Assembly: GCF_009914755.1 (NCBI RefSeq)
Contig: NC_060934.1
Direction: 5' to 3' (one strand)
DNA: 64,000 nt
From: the human T2T-CHM13v2.0 reference genome, Homo sapiens
How positions within the stretch are numbered: position 1 is the first letter of the stretch; each line of letters begins with the position of its first letter. Under the pieces are notes generated by a model. That model ran no database searches. It was not told the origin of the DNA and was given only the letters and a program-made list of their open reading frames with translations. Both the position numbers and the translations under genes were made by a program. Below are positions 9,149-22,060 of this stretch, piece after piece.

Positions 9149-11767
9149 GGTGCCAGTCCACCACATACCACTCATCCACCACAGGCAACCCATCCATCAC
9201 AGAACACGCATCCATCACAGACTACTTGTCCACCACAGGCCACTCATCCACCACAGAGCACCCATTCATTATAGAACACCCATCCACCACAGGCCACCTA
9301 TCCATCACAGGCCAGCCATTTACCACAGAGCACCCATCCACCACAGAACACTCATCCACCACAGATCACCCATCCACCACAGAACACTCATCCACCACAG
9401 GCCACCCATTCACCACACAGCACCCATCCACCACAGAACAGTCATCCACCACAGGCCACCCATTCGCCACAGAACACCAATTTACCATAGAACACCCATC
9501 CATCACAAAACATCCATTCATCATAGGCCATCCATCCATCACAGAACATGCATCCACCACAGACTACCTGTCCACTACAGGCCACCCATTCATCACAGGC
9601 CACCCATCCATCACAGGCCACCCATCCACCACAGGCCAACCACTCCCCACAGGCCACCCATTCCCCATAGGTCACCTTTTCACCATAGAGCCCCCATTCA
9701 CCACAGAGCAACCATCCACCACAGAACACCCGTCCATCACAGGCCACCCATTCACCACAGAGCACCCATCCATCACAGGCCAGCCATTCACCACAGGCCA
9801 CCCATTCACCACAGAGCACCCATCTGTCACTGGCCAACCATCCATCACAGGCCACCCATTCACCACAGAGCACCCATCCACCACAGGCCAGCCGTTCATC
9901 ACAGGCCAGCCATTCACCACAGAGCACCCATCCATTACAGTGCCCCCATCCATCACAGGCCACCCATTCACCACAGAGCACCCATCCACCACAGGCCAGC
10001 CGTTCATCATAGGCCACCCATTCACCACAGAGCACCCATCCACCACAGGCCAGCCATTCATCACAGGCCAGTCATTCACCACAGAGCACCCATCCACCAC
10101 AGGCCGGCCAGCCATCACAGGCCAGTCGTTCACCACAGAGCACCCATCCATCACAGGCCAGCCATTCATCACAGGCCACCCATTCACCACAGAGCACCCG
10201 TCCACCACAGGCCAGCCATTCATCACAGGCCACCCATTCACCACAGAGCACCCATCCACCACAGGCCAGCCATTCATCACAGGCCAGCCATTCACCACAG
10301 AGCACCCATCCATTACAGTGCCCCCATCCATCACAGGCCAGCCATTCACCACTGAGTACCCATCCACCACAGGCCAACCATTCATCACAGGCCACCCATT
10401 CACCACAGAGCACCCATCCACCACAGGCCAGCCATTCATCACAGGCCAGCCATTCACCACAGAGCACCCATCCATTACAGTGCCCCCATCCATCACAGGC
10501 CAGCCATTCACCACTGAGTACCCATCCACCACAGGCCAGCCATTCATCACAGGCCATCCATTCACCACAGAGCACCCATCCACCACAGGCTGGCCAGCCA
10601 TCATAGGCCAATCGTTCACCACAGAGCACCCATCCATCACAGGCCAGCCAGCCATCACAGGCCAGCCATTCACCACAGAACATCCATCCATCACAGGCCA
10701 TCCATCCATCACAGGCCAGCCATTCAACACAGGCCACCCATTTGCCACAGAGCCCCCATCCATCATAGGCCACCCATTCACCACAGAGCCCCCATCCATC
10801 ATAGGCCAATCATTCATCACAGGCCACCCATTCACCACAGAGCCCCCATTCACCACAGAGCACCCATCCACCACAGGCCAGCCATCCATCACAGGCCACT
10901 CGTTCACCACAGAACACCCATCCATCACAGGCCACCCATTCACCACAGAGCACCCATCCACCACAGGCTGGCCAGCCATCACAGGCCAATCGTTCACCAC
11001 AGAGCACCCATCCATCACAGGCCAGCCATCCATCACAGGCCACCCATTCACCACAGAACATCCATCCATCACAGGCCAGCCATCCATCACAGGCCAGCCA
11101 TTCAACACAGGCCACCCATTTGCCACAGAGCCCCCATCCATCACAGGCCACCCATTCACCACAGAGCCCCCATTCACCACAGAGCCCCCATTCACCACAG
11201 AGCACCCATCCACCACAGGCCAGCCATCCATCACAGGCCACCCATTCACCACAGAGCACCCATCCATCACAGGCCACTCGCCCACCACAGAGCCCCCATC
11301 CATCACAGGCCACCCATCCATCACAGGCCACCCATCCACCACAGTCCACCCATTCACCACAGAATATCCATCTATCACAGAGCACCCTTCCACCAAAAAC
11401 CAGCCATCTATCACACACCACCCATCCACCACAGACCACCCATCCATCATAGACCATCCATCCATCATAGACCACTCATTCACCGCAAACCACCCGTCCA
11501 TCACACACCACCCATCCACCACAGACCACCCATTCACCACAAAGCACCCATTAATCACACACCACCCATCTATCACAGAGCACCCGTCCATCACAGACCA
11601 CTTGTTCATCAGAGAGCACCCATCTGCCGTCATAGGACACTGGTCCATCACAGGAGGCAAGTCAACCAGAGGGCTGGACTAGCAACCCACTAATCATCCA
11701 GGTCCTGCCGGCCCTGCTCCTGACCCTGCTGCTGCTTTGTGGTTTCTGGCAGCTATGTGGCAGGAGA
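9149..11767 (+). pseudogene. Expanded ANTXRL-like stalk+TM exon (2619 bp = 873 codons)
   Basis: Acceptor cctttctcctacag ends at 9148. Phase-0 frame reads GASPPHTTHPPQATHPSQ.. and continues into SNPLIIQVLPALLLTLLLLCGFWQLCGRR (cf. [27 protein letters not shown]). Donor mutated to ataagt. About a dozen stops, mostly CAG>TAG. Confidence 0.75.
9150..11650. repeat. 18-bp minisatellite, ~139 units (cacccatccaccacaggc / cacccattcaccacagag variants)
   Basis: Clear 18-bp periodicity; homogeneous centre, diverged edges; 162-bp higher-order duplication (cattacagtg at 10311 and 10473). Confidence 0.97.
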
Positions 11768-12929
11768 ATAAGTGCTCCCTTAAGTGCTCCCTGCCCGCCC
11801 AGCCCTGGGGCTCAGACACAGGCCCAACCTCCAAGGGACTTCAGCATGTGACTGCCGTGTGATCCCACCTGTGGGAAGTTTCCCATCAGTTCCCAGGTCA
11901 TCACATGAGCCAAGGGAAGCTGTCCACACGTTCACAGAGTCTAGGAGGCCTGGGCTTCTGTAGGACCTCCTGCCACGGCTGGTCACAGCTGGCCTGAGAT
12001 GCCCTGGACATGGGGTTGAGGCCTGCCCTGGCTCCTAGAGAGAAGTGACCCCAGAACCCCTGAAACCAGGGCTGCCTCAACAAGCTGGACTTCTGGAAGC
12101 CTCAGATGGACAAGGGCCAGGAGGTGGCCTCTGTGTGGAGGGAGGAAGAGAGGGTCACCCATGAGGCCCTGCTGGCCCAAATGGAGGATGGTGCTGTAAC
12201 CCCCAGCTGTCTGTGCCTTGGGAAACCAGTATGGATCTTGGCATATGTCTGGTGCCTTCCACATTCCTTCATCTGTCTTTACTGAGCTCCAGTTTCCCCT
12301 GGGCCCCATGCTGGGCTGGGGAGGGACAGAAATGAAGCAGCCACAGTTCCCCACAGGGAGCTCACAGTCCTGTCTGGTCAGGGATGAGGGTGAAATACCC
12401 ACCCCACAGGAATGGGAAGGGCCCCCTGTAAGGCAGAGCAGGAGTCAAAAGCAGAGATGGAGTCCAGGGCGGGGAGGGTGATAGAGGCCCTTGGAGCTGG
12501 GGTGCACGGACCCAGCCCAGAGAGCTGCAGACAGACAGAGCAGGGGGAGGAGAGGACAGAGCCCAGCCCAGAGAACAGACAGGTCTCATCTCTGCCCAGG
12601 GAGCCACGAGGGAAGGAAGCCGGGGACTCAACCATGAGGCTGGGAGGTCAGGGAAGTCTCCCAGGGACAGACAGGCTCTCCCTGAGGAAGGTAAGTAGGG
12701 TGGGCTCTCTCTTTTCCATATGGCTATGGGCAGAGAAGGACACTTGCAGGGACTGGGCCTCTCTAGGGACCTGGTCCCTGGCCTGGCTGAGCCCTAGGAA
12801 CCCCACAACGGCTGTACAGGAGTTTCCCTTGGGTAAGGTTGGAGGCTGAGGCCTGGGAGGAGGAGCCTGCTGGGTACACCACAGGCTCAGAGTGCCCAGG
12901 TGGCACCCAAAGGCCATGTCCTGTCCTTT

Positions 12930-13190
12930 CCTGCTGCTCCAAACCAGGGTCCAGACCATGCTCTGTCCTGCTGCCCCACCCCCATCCAGCCCTGCTCCAA
13001 ACCAGGGTCCCAGCTGTGTACTGGGCCAAGGCAAAGCCAGCCCACCCCCATCCAGCCCTGCTCCAGACCAGGGTCCGAGCTCTGTGCAGGGCCAAGGCAA
13101 AGCCAGCCCACCCCCATCCAGCCCTGCTCCAGACCAGGGTCCGAGCTCTGTGCAGGGCCAAGGCAGAGCCTGTCCACCCCCATCCAGCCC
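12930..13190. repeat. 66-bp intronic tandem repeat (~3.5-4 copies)
   Basis: cccatccagccc recurs at ~12981, 13047, 13113 and 13179. Confidence 0.9.
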
Positions 13191-13216
13191 ACGTTTTTCT
13201 CTTTTGAACATTCTAG

Positions 13217-13255
13217 ACTGTCAAGGATCCACCACCTGTGCAGAAGCCAGAAAAA
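13217..13255 (+). pseudogene. ANTXRL-like exon (TVKDPPPVQKPEK), 39 bp
   Basis: ttctag acceptor, gtaagt donor; 12 of 13 residues match ANTXRL TVKEPPPVQKPEK. Confidence 0.9.
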
Positions 13256-14301
13256 GTAAGTCGCAGTTCCGGTCCCGATATTGTCATATCCCAAGGAGCC
13301 CACTGACCTTCACCAAGAGTGCCATGAAGGCTGCGCCCCATGACCTCCACCTGCCGAGGCAGAGAAGAGGGTGACAGAGGGGCAGAGTGAAGCCTGAGAA
13401 GGGTGGGGACTCACAGTGATGTCCCCAGCACGCCCTTCCCACTCCCTGCACCCCTCAAAATGAGGCTTCTCACCAATTCACAGCCTGGGGTGGCCAGTTT
13501 CAGCAACTGTGATGATCTCTCCTGAATAAATGGGGCTCGCCTCTCAATATTCCACAGAGCATGTATAAGATGCTAAGGACGGAGGCGCTCTGGAAAAGGA
13601 GCCCCGTGTTTTAGGGACCTGGCCCCGTCCCCAGGCTCCGGATGCAGATGTGGCTCCATTTGGCCTCTCTGGATCCCTGTCTCCTGGCAGGGACGAGGGG
13701 CTGGCTGGGGTTAGCTTCTAGGGATGCGGGAGTCCTGGCAGGCACCGAACTGGGAGAGACACCCAGCCCAGTGAACACAGGGGCCAGGAGTCTGGAAGCA
13801 GGCTTCTGGGCCAGGGACCCACCCCAGGGGCCATAGGCTGTGGTGAGGGCAGTAGCTGACGCAGGAGGCCCTGGGCCTGGGATGGGGTGGGAACAGGCCT
13901 CCCTGGCCAAGGCTGGCCTCTGCGGTGCTCCAGAGTGGGCTCAGGGAGGCTGCATCTGCAACCAGGTGGATGCAGACAGTCATCTGCAAATGCTGGGACT
14001 GTTGCACAGCCCCCAGAGCAGGCCTCTTTCAACAGGGCTGGCCGCGGAAGAAACAAAGGGACAGAGACGAAGTCGTTGGCATTTAGGGGAAAAACCATGT
14101 CTGCAAACCAGGAGGAGTTTGCATGTTTCTCACACAAAAGATTCTCCCCTGTGGTGTGGGCTCCTCACTAGTCCTTTCATTCCCCAGATACACATCTGGG
14201 AGTGGTCAGCACTGTGCCTGGTGCTGAGGCAACGACACCATGGCCTTGCACCCAGGATCTGCCCGGAAAGGAAGCAGACAGTTCTGTTTTTCATTTTTTA
14301 G

Positions 14302-14592
<291 letters not shown>

Positions 14593-14839
14593 TAGTGTCC
14601 CAGTGGAGGGCAAGCATGAGGGCTCCTGTCCCCTGCACCACCAGGCCTGTCTCAGCACAAGGAGTTTCTCTTTGAAGGAGCCAGGTTTCTGGATATAGCA
14701 GCTAGTGACGTCTGACCAGTCCTGGCTCTCCCAGAGGTTGTAATCAGCTCTGGTAGTGGCTTAGGTTTCAAACCAGTGGCCTGCGGGTTTATGAGTCAAA
14801 CAAACTGAGTCACAAAGAGTCTCCCGCAGGTCAGAAAAA

Positions 14840-15393
14840 TATCAACGTAAAATAATCAAAGGGTCAGAATGTAGATTAAAGATAATTTATTCACTTGAAA
14901 AGATTGAGGATGGACCAACTGGGAAGCATAGATTCCAAAAAACAAGTCAGTATTACAAAGTGGAGAAGTTAGAGAACATTTATACAGACAAAGTTCAGGA
15001 AAGTTAAACTGAATTGTAACATCTGTCCATGTGAAGCTTAATGATAGTTACAATGATCTGATTAGTGGAGATAGTCTTTCTCTTTTGGGAAAGGTATATT
15101 TAACATTCCACACTAAAGATGTAACTATCATGAGGTCTTGAGCACCCTCTGTTCTCAGATAGGAACAGGACAACAAAGGAGGCAAGTAATCTATAACAAG
15201 CATCAATGATGGGAAGGGAGGCGTTCTGGTCTCTGGTATCTCCTAGTCATTTACAGAACTAGAAAAATGAGAGAGAATTAAGCTATAATCTATGAAGCAG
15301 AATTGCAAACACGGCATGTGACTGAGTCTTCAGGGCTTAACTTCCCCCTTGGCATAATAAATTTAGAAGTTCTGGACATTTTACTTCTTTTAC
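14840..15393 (-). mobile_element. 3' LTR of the provirus
   Basis: Collinear with 34589-35134; begins TGTAAAAG on minus; preceded by PPT-like gaagaaaatgaagaaa (15394-15409). Confidence 0.8.
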
Positions 15394-15869
15394 ATTTCTT
15401 CATTTTCTTCAAATTATTTCAGAGAAAACAGGGCAGAAGAATCATGTATTTAAGTCAAAATCTCACCCTACTAGGAAGGCTCATTCGTAGGAAGTCATGT
15501 CCAATAGGGGAAGAATTAGAAAGAACTAAAGCCAACGTATAAAGTAAACAGGGGAGAAGTGGTCCTCAAACCTGATTCAGGCCACATGACTGCCTCTTTG
15601 TTCAAAGCAGTTCTCTGAGCAACCATTATTCTAGCCGCTTTTGGTTGTGCATTGACTCGATTGCAAACACATGCCATAACAGCAGTGTAGACAAAATCAG
15701 AACAAAACACAACAAATGATTATAATTCCCAGAATTAGTAACAGTTTTTTACACCAAGTTCTCCAAGATACAAACCAGCTGCATAACTAATCAGAGAGTA
15801 TAGAATCTGAAAAGTTAGTTATTTGAATTTGTATACCCGTGATTAATTTCATGAAGTTGTTCAATTCAT

Positions 15870-16010
15870 CTGGGGTAGAGACACAACACTGAGTTTTTCT
15901 GATGTACAAGTTCCTCCTCAGGCTGCACTGAGTGTGTCTAAAGCCATACTCTTCTGTAATGTAGCAGTTCTCATAAAAGCAACTTACTTGTTTAGCAATG
16001 ACATATCCAT
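15870..16010 (-). mobile_element. ERV env TM immunosuppressive-domain remnant
   Basis: Minus strand reads ..MRTATLQKSMALDTLSAA*GGTCT.., matching the LQNRxALDxLxAxQGGxC motif. Confidence 0.75.
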
Positions 16011-16609
16011 GCAGCTATTATTTAGGGCCTTTTGTGTATAATTGGTTAGGATATCTTCATGACAAATGATATTCTTAATACCTGATTTGTGGTATAAAGA
16101 TGAAAGCTAAATGATCATACCGATGAAACACAGAATGAACACAACGAGACTGTGAGAAAAATTTGCAGATTTTGACAGGGTATGAACTACTTAACCTGTG
16201 CCCAAGCATAAGCCAAGGAACATGGTCTTAACCATCCTGGGGGTAACCATGGCCAGAAGTTAGTACTACATAGCCAAGACATTCCATTTGGAGCTAACCA
16301 ATAAATACTTGCTCATTGTGCCTGTTCACCATCATGCCAATCAGTACTTTGTAATGTAATAGTGCGGATATATCATTCTTTGGATATTCATCCCATATCT
16401 TCAGTGTTGTTGAGTAAGGCATTTTTGGTATAATTTATCTGTTCACAAAACAAACGGGCAAGTTGACTGAGCTGACCACAGCAGAGGGTAAGGCAGATAA
16501 AACAGTCCCAAATTTGTGTTATACTATCCTAAAATTGAGTTGTCTTATCTCTCAAATGAGGCAATTTTGTTTCATCCCTCTGACGGGGCACCATCAGTGT
16601 TAAAGGTAA

Positions 16610-16981
16610 TGTATTAGTCCATTCTCACACTGCTATAAATACCTGAAACTGGGTAATTTATAAGGAAAAGAGGTTTAATTGGCTCTGCAGGCTGTACAGG
16701 AAGCATGGCTGAGGAGACCTCCAGAAACTTGCAATCATGGTGGAAGGTGAAGGGAAAGCAGGGATGTCTTACATGGCCAGAGTAAAGGAATAGAGAGAAG
16801 GGGGAGGTGCCACACACTTATAAACAATCAGATCTCATGAGAACTCACTCACTGTCATGAGAACAGCAAGGGGCATATCCGCCCCCGTGATCCAATCACC
16901 TCCCACCAGGCTCCTCCTCCAATGCTGGAGATTCCAATTCAACATGAGACTTGGGCGGGGACACAAATCCAAACCATATCA
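16610..16981 (-). mobile_element. MaLR solo LTR (MSTA-like)
   Basis: tgtattagtccattctc..aaaccatatca ends; 5-bp TSD ggtaa on both sides. Confidence 0.85.
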
Positions 16982-17126
16982 GGTAACGAACTAGTTTCTT
17001 TTACTGAGAAGCTCTTCCCATGCTCTTTACTCTGTAAAGTATTATTAATAGGCCAGTGGCATACTTTATCCTTAGTCATACTAGTGTCAAGCATCAGTGA
17101 CTGTTTAGAGAAACATGAATACATTT

Positions 17127-17432
<306 letters not shown>

Positions 17433-17529
17433 AAAACATGAATACATTTCTGATCTTATACCCAATTTTGTCCTTGGAGAGAAGATACTCATCATGAAAC
17501 ACCAGAACTACTGGAAGGGGCATGAGACT

Positions 17530-17936
17530 CATATCAGCCCATTTTGACATTATTATAGATAAATATGTGAGATTGAGTAATTTTTAAAGAAAAGAGATTT
17601 ATTGGCTCATGGTTCTGCAGGCTGTACAAGACGCATGGTGCCAGTATTTGCTCAGCTTCTGGAGAGGCCTCAGGATTCTTACAATCATGGCAGAACACGA
17701 AGGGAGAGCTGGCATATCACATGGCACGAGTGGGAGCAAGAGAGAGACGGGGGAGGTGCCACATTCTTTTAAACGACCAGATCTCGCATGAACTCAGAGC
17801 AAGAACTCATTACTGTGAGGAGACACTAAGCCATTCATGCAAGACCCACGCCCATGACAGAAACTCCTCCCACCAGGCGTCACCTCCAATATTGGGGATC
17901 ACATTTCAACATGAGATTTGGAGGTGACAAAACATC
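17530..17936 (-). mobile_element. MaLR LTR (MSTB-like)
   Basis: ttggctcatggttctgcaggctgtacaag..gatcacatttcaacatgagatttgg motifs. Confidence 0.75.
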
Positions 17937-18861
17937 ATTGCACATAAATAAAAATTATTTTAATATTAGTAATTTATTTATTAATTTTTATGTGCAGTGA
18001 TATTTTGTCACCTCCAAATCAAAATATAAATTATTTATTTTAACAAGATATGGAGGTGCATATCACTGCACATAAATAAAAGAATTTAGGTATATCAAAG
18101 GTATCCCATTTAGACCTTTTTAGTTTTAAGTCTTCATAGATTAGGTAAGAACATTTTTCTAGATACTGACAGGAGATGGTACTATAAATCTATAAATACA
18201 CGAATCAAGCTGGAGTTTCTAAAGGGGGATCTCTCATCAAGAAGACTGACTTGGTCTTAAAGGGATGATTGCTCATAACCTGAGCTCTCTCTTTTTTTAT
18301 TTTTTTTTAAGATTCATGAGATGTATGAGCATGTTTGTTACATAGGATATTGCATAATGCTGGGCTTTAGGTTTCTACTGAACTCATCACCCAAATAGTG
18401 AACATAGTATCCAATAGGTAGTTTTTACACCTTGCTTTCCCTTTTTCCCCACTTACGGAGTCCTTAGTTGTCTATTTTTTCCATCTTTATGTCCATGAGT
18501 ATCCAATGTTTAGTGCCCACTTACAAGTGAGAACATGCAGTATTTGACTTTCTGTTTCTGTTTTAATTTGCTTAGGATAATGGGCCTCCAGCAGCATCCA
18601 TATTGCTGCAAAGGACATTTCAATCTTTTTGTTGGCCACATAATATTCCATGGTATATATGTGCCACACTTTCTTTATTCAATCCTAATTGGCACTTAGG
18701 TTGATTCAATGACTTTGCTATTGTGAATAGTGCTGCAATAAACATGATTGCAGGTATCTTTTTGATAGAAAAATGTATTTTGCTTTTGGTAGATACCCAG
18801 TAGTGAGATTGCTAGGTCCATCGATAGTTCTATTTTTTTCATTCTTTAAGAAATCTCCAAT

Positions 18862-20412
18862 TCTGAAGTGGCCAAGATGGCTGATTAGAAGCAGCTAATG
18901 TGCACCACTCTCACAGAGAGGAAAGGAAAGGGCAAGTAAATGCAGCACCTTCAACTGAAACATCCAGGTACACACATTGGGACTAATCAAGAAAACAACT
19001 CTACCCACAGAAAATGGAGAAAAGTAAGGCAGGACCACAGCCCACCAGGAAGACACATGGAACCAGGGAAATCTCCCCCATCCAGGGAGACAGTACTGGA
19101 AAATCAGAGGTAACTAGGGACTAGAGTGGACTCCCAGCATACTGCAGCAGCCCTAAGGAAAAGTGGACAGACTGTTACATGGATGCCCATTCCAATATCT
19201 CCTCACTGGGAAGGTGCTTAAGGCCCAGGCCTCCAGCCACCCCCACCAGGGCTATGGAGCCAGGAGCAGCTCTGCAACTCCCTGGATGGAGCTCCCAGTG
19301 GGAGGGGTGGGTTGCCATCTTTGCTGTCTTGCAACCCTTGCTCTTGCTGTCTCCAGGCATGGAAGAGTCTGTGGGAACCAGGGGCTGGTCCAAACCCCCA
19401 GCACAGAACAACTTTCTCTCGGAAAAGCAGCCAGACTATTCTCCATGCAGATCCCAGTTCTTACTTCTCCTCACTGGGCAGGGCCACCCGACCTGGATTC
19501 CGGCACAACCACCCTGCCCCTCCCTGATCACCACAATCAGAAGCAGCCCAGCATTCCCCAAGGAGGTAATCCCAGAGTCAAGCCACAACCTCTCTGCCAC
19601 TACAGTTGCAGTGGCGCAGCCCTAACAGTCCTAGAACTGGGAAGGAGCAAAGGGCCTAGTCATTATACTGGCACCTCCAGCATATTGCAGCCACCATACA
19701 GAGAGGAGTCCAGCCCCTCTTTTCTGGGAACCCCCATCCCCACTCCATAAGGCAAGGCCCCTGGCTCATGAATACAGAACAGTCACTGCACCCACAGCTG
19801 AGTGAATATCACTGGTAGTAGCCCAGAGTTTTCCTGGGAAGAGGGTCTCAGAGGCATATAACAGACCTTCTGCCACTTCCGCAGTAAGTTATATTCCAGA
19901 TGCCCTTGATTTGGAGAAGATATAAATCATTATACCATAAAGACATATGCATGCAAATGTTCATTGCAGTACCATTCACAATAGCAAAGACGTCGAATTA
20001 ACCTACATGCCTATCAATGACAGATTAGAGTTAAAAAAAAAAGTGGTACATATACACTGTGGAATACTATGCAGCCATAAAAAACATGATCCTATCTTTT
20101 GCAAGAACATGGATGGAGGTGGAGGCTATTATTTTTAGCAAAATAATGCAAGAAGAGAAAACAAAATACCTCATGTTTTCATTTACAAGTGGGAGCTAAA
20201 TGATGAGAGCTCATTAACAAAAGGAAGGGAACAACAGACAGTGGGATCTGCTAGAGGATGGAAGGTGAAAGGAAGGAGATGAGCAGAAAAAATAACTATT
20301 GGGTATGACGCTTAATACCTGGGTGATGAAATAATCTGTACAACAAACCTTCATGGTACCAGTTTACCTATATAACAAACCTGCACATATGCTCCGGAAA
20401 AAAAAATTATTT
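18862..20412 (+). mobile_element. Internally deleted L1 (5' UTR joined to the 3' ~500 bp)
   Basis: Starts gtggccaagatggctgattagaagcagct; switches at ~19920 to ORF2-end/3' UTR sequence (tataaatcat..aagacatatgcatgcaaatgttcattgcag); A-rich tail; aagaaatct on both flanks. Confidence 0.75.
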
Positions 20413-21759
20413 AAAAGAAATCTTTGTACTGTTTCTATAGGAGTTGAACTAATATACATTCTCACCAAGAGTGTATAAACATTCTCTTTTCTCTGCATCC
20501 TCACCAATATCTGTTATTTTTAAAATTTTTAATGAGCTATTCTGACTCGTGTGAGGTGGTATCTCATTGTGGTTTTGATTTGCATCTCTCTGATAATTAG
20601 TGATGTTGAGTATTTTTTTATATGTTTGTTGGACACTTGTATGTCTTCTTTTGAGAAGCATCTGTTCATGCCCTTTGTCTATTTGATAATGGAGTCAGTT
20701 GGAGGTTTTGTTGTTGATTTGTTTAAGATCCTTATAGATTCTATATATTAGTACCTTGAAGGATGCATAGTTTGCAAATATTTTCTCCTATTTTTTAGGT
20801 TGTCTGCTTATTCTGTTGATAGTGTTTTGTGTGTGTGTGTGTTAGTGTGTGTGTGTATGTATGTGTGCAGAAGCTCTTTAGTTTTCATGGTTTTTTTCTT
20901 TTTTTAATTATACTGTAAGTTCTGGGGTACATGTGCACAACATGCAGGTTTGTTACATAGGTATACACGTGCCATGGTGGTTTGCTGCACCCATCAACCC
21001 GTCACTTACATTAGGTATTTCTCCTAACGTTATCCTTCCCCTAGCCCCCCACCCCCAAACAGGCACCTGTGTGTGATGTTCCCCTCCCTGTCCATGTGTT
21101 CTTGTTGTTCAGGTCCCACTTATGAGTGACAACATGCAGTGTTTGGTTTCCTGTTCATGTGATAGTTTGCTGAGAATGATGGTTTCCAGCTTCATCCATG
21201 TCCCTGCAAAGGACATAAACTCATCCTTTTTTATGGCTACATAGTATTCTGTGGTGTATATGTGCCACATTTTCTTTATCCAGTCTATTATTGATGGACT
21301 TTTGGGTTGGTTCCAAGTCTTTGCTATTGTGAATAGTGCCGCAATAAACATATGTATGCATGTGTCTTTATAGTAGAATGATTTATAATTCTTTGAGTAT
21401 ATACCCAGTAATGGGATTGTTGGGTGGAATGGTATTTGTAGTTCTAGATCCTTGAGGAATCACCACACTCTTCCACAATGGTTGAACTAATTTATACTCC
21501 CACCAACAGTGTAAAAGCATTCCTATTTCTCCACATCCTCTCCAACATCTGTTGTTTCCTGACTTTTTAATGATTGTCGTTCTAACTGGTGTGAGATGGT
21601 ATCTTATTGCGGTTCTGATTTGCATTTCTCTGATGACCAGTGATGATGGGCATTTTTTCATGTCTGTTGGCTGCATAAATGTCTTCTTTTGAAAAAGCGT
21701 CTGTTCATATCCTTTGCCCACTTTTTGATGGGGTTGTTTTTTTTCTTGTAAATTTGTTT

Positions 21760-22060
<301 letters not shown>

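Noticed and set aside
9150-11650. CRISPR-like array
   Set aside because: Head-to-tail units with no unique spacers, in mammalian DNA.
9126-11660. 409-aa HHRP, 662-aa VVDGWP and Cys/Trp-rich ORFs as genes
   Set aside because: All are alternative frames of the 18-bp array. Only the phase-0 frame links the acceptor to the TM helix.
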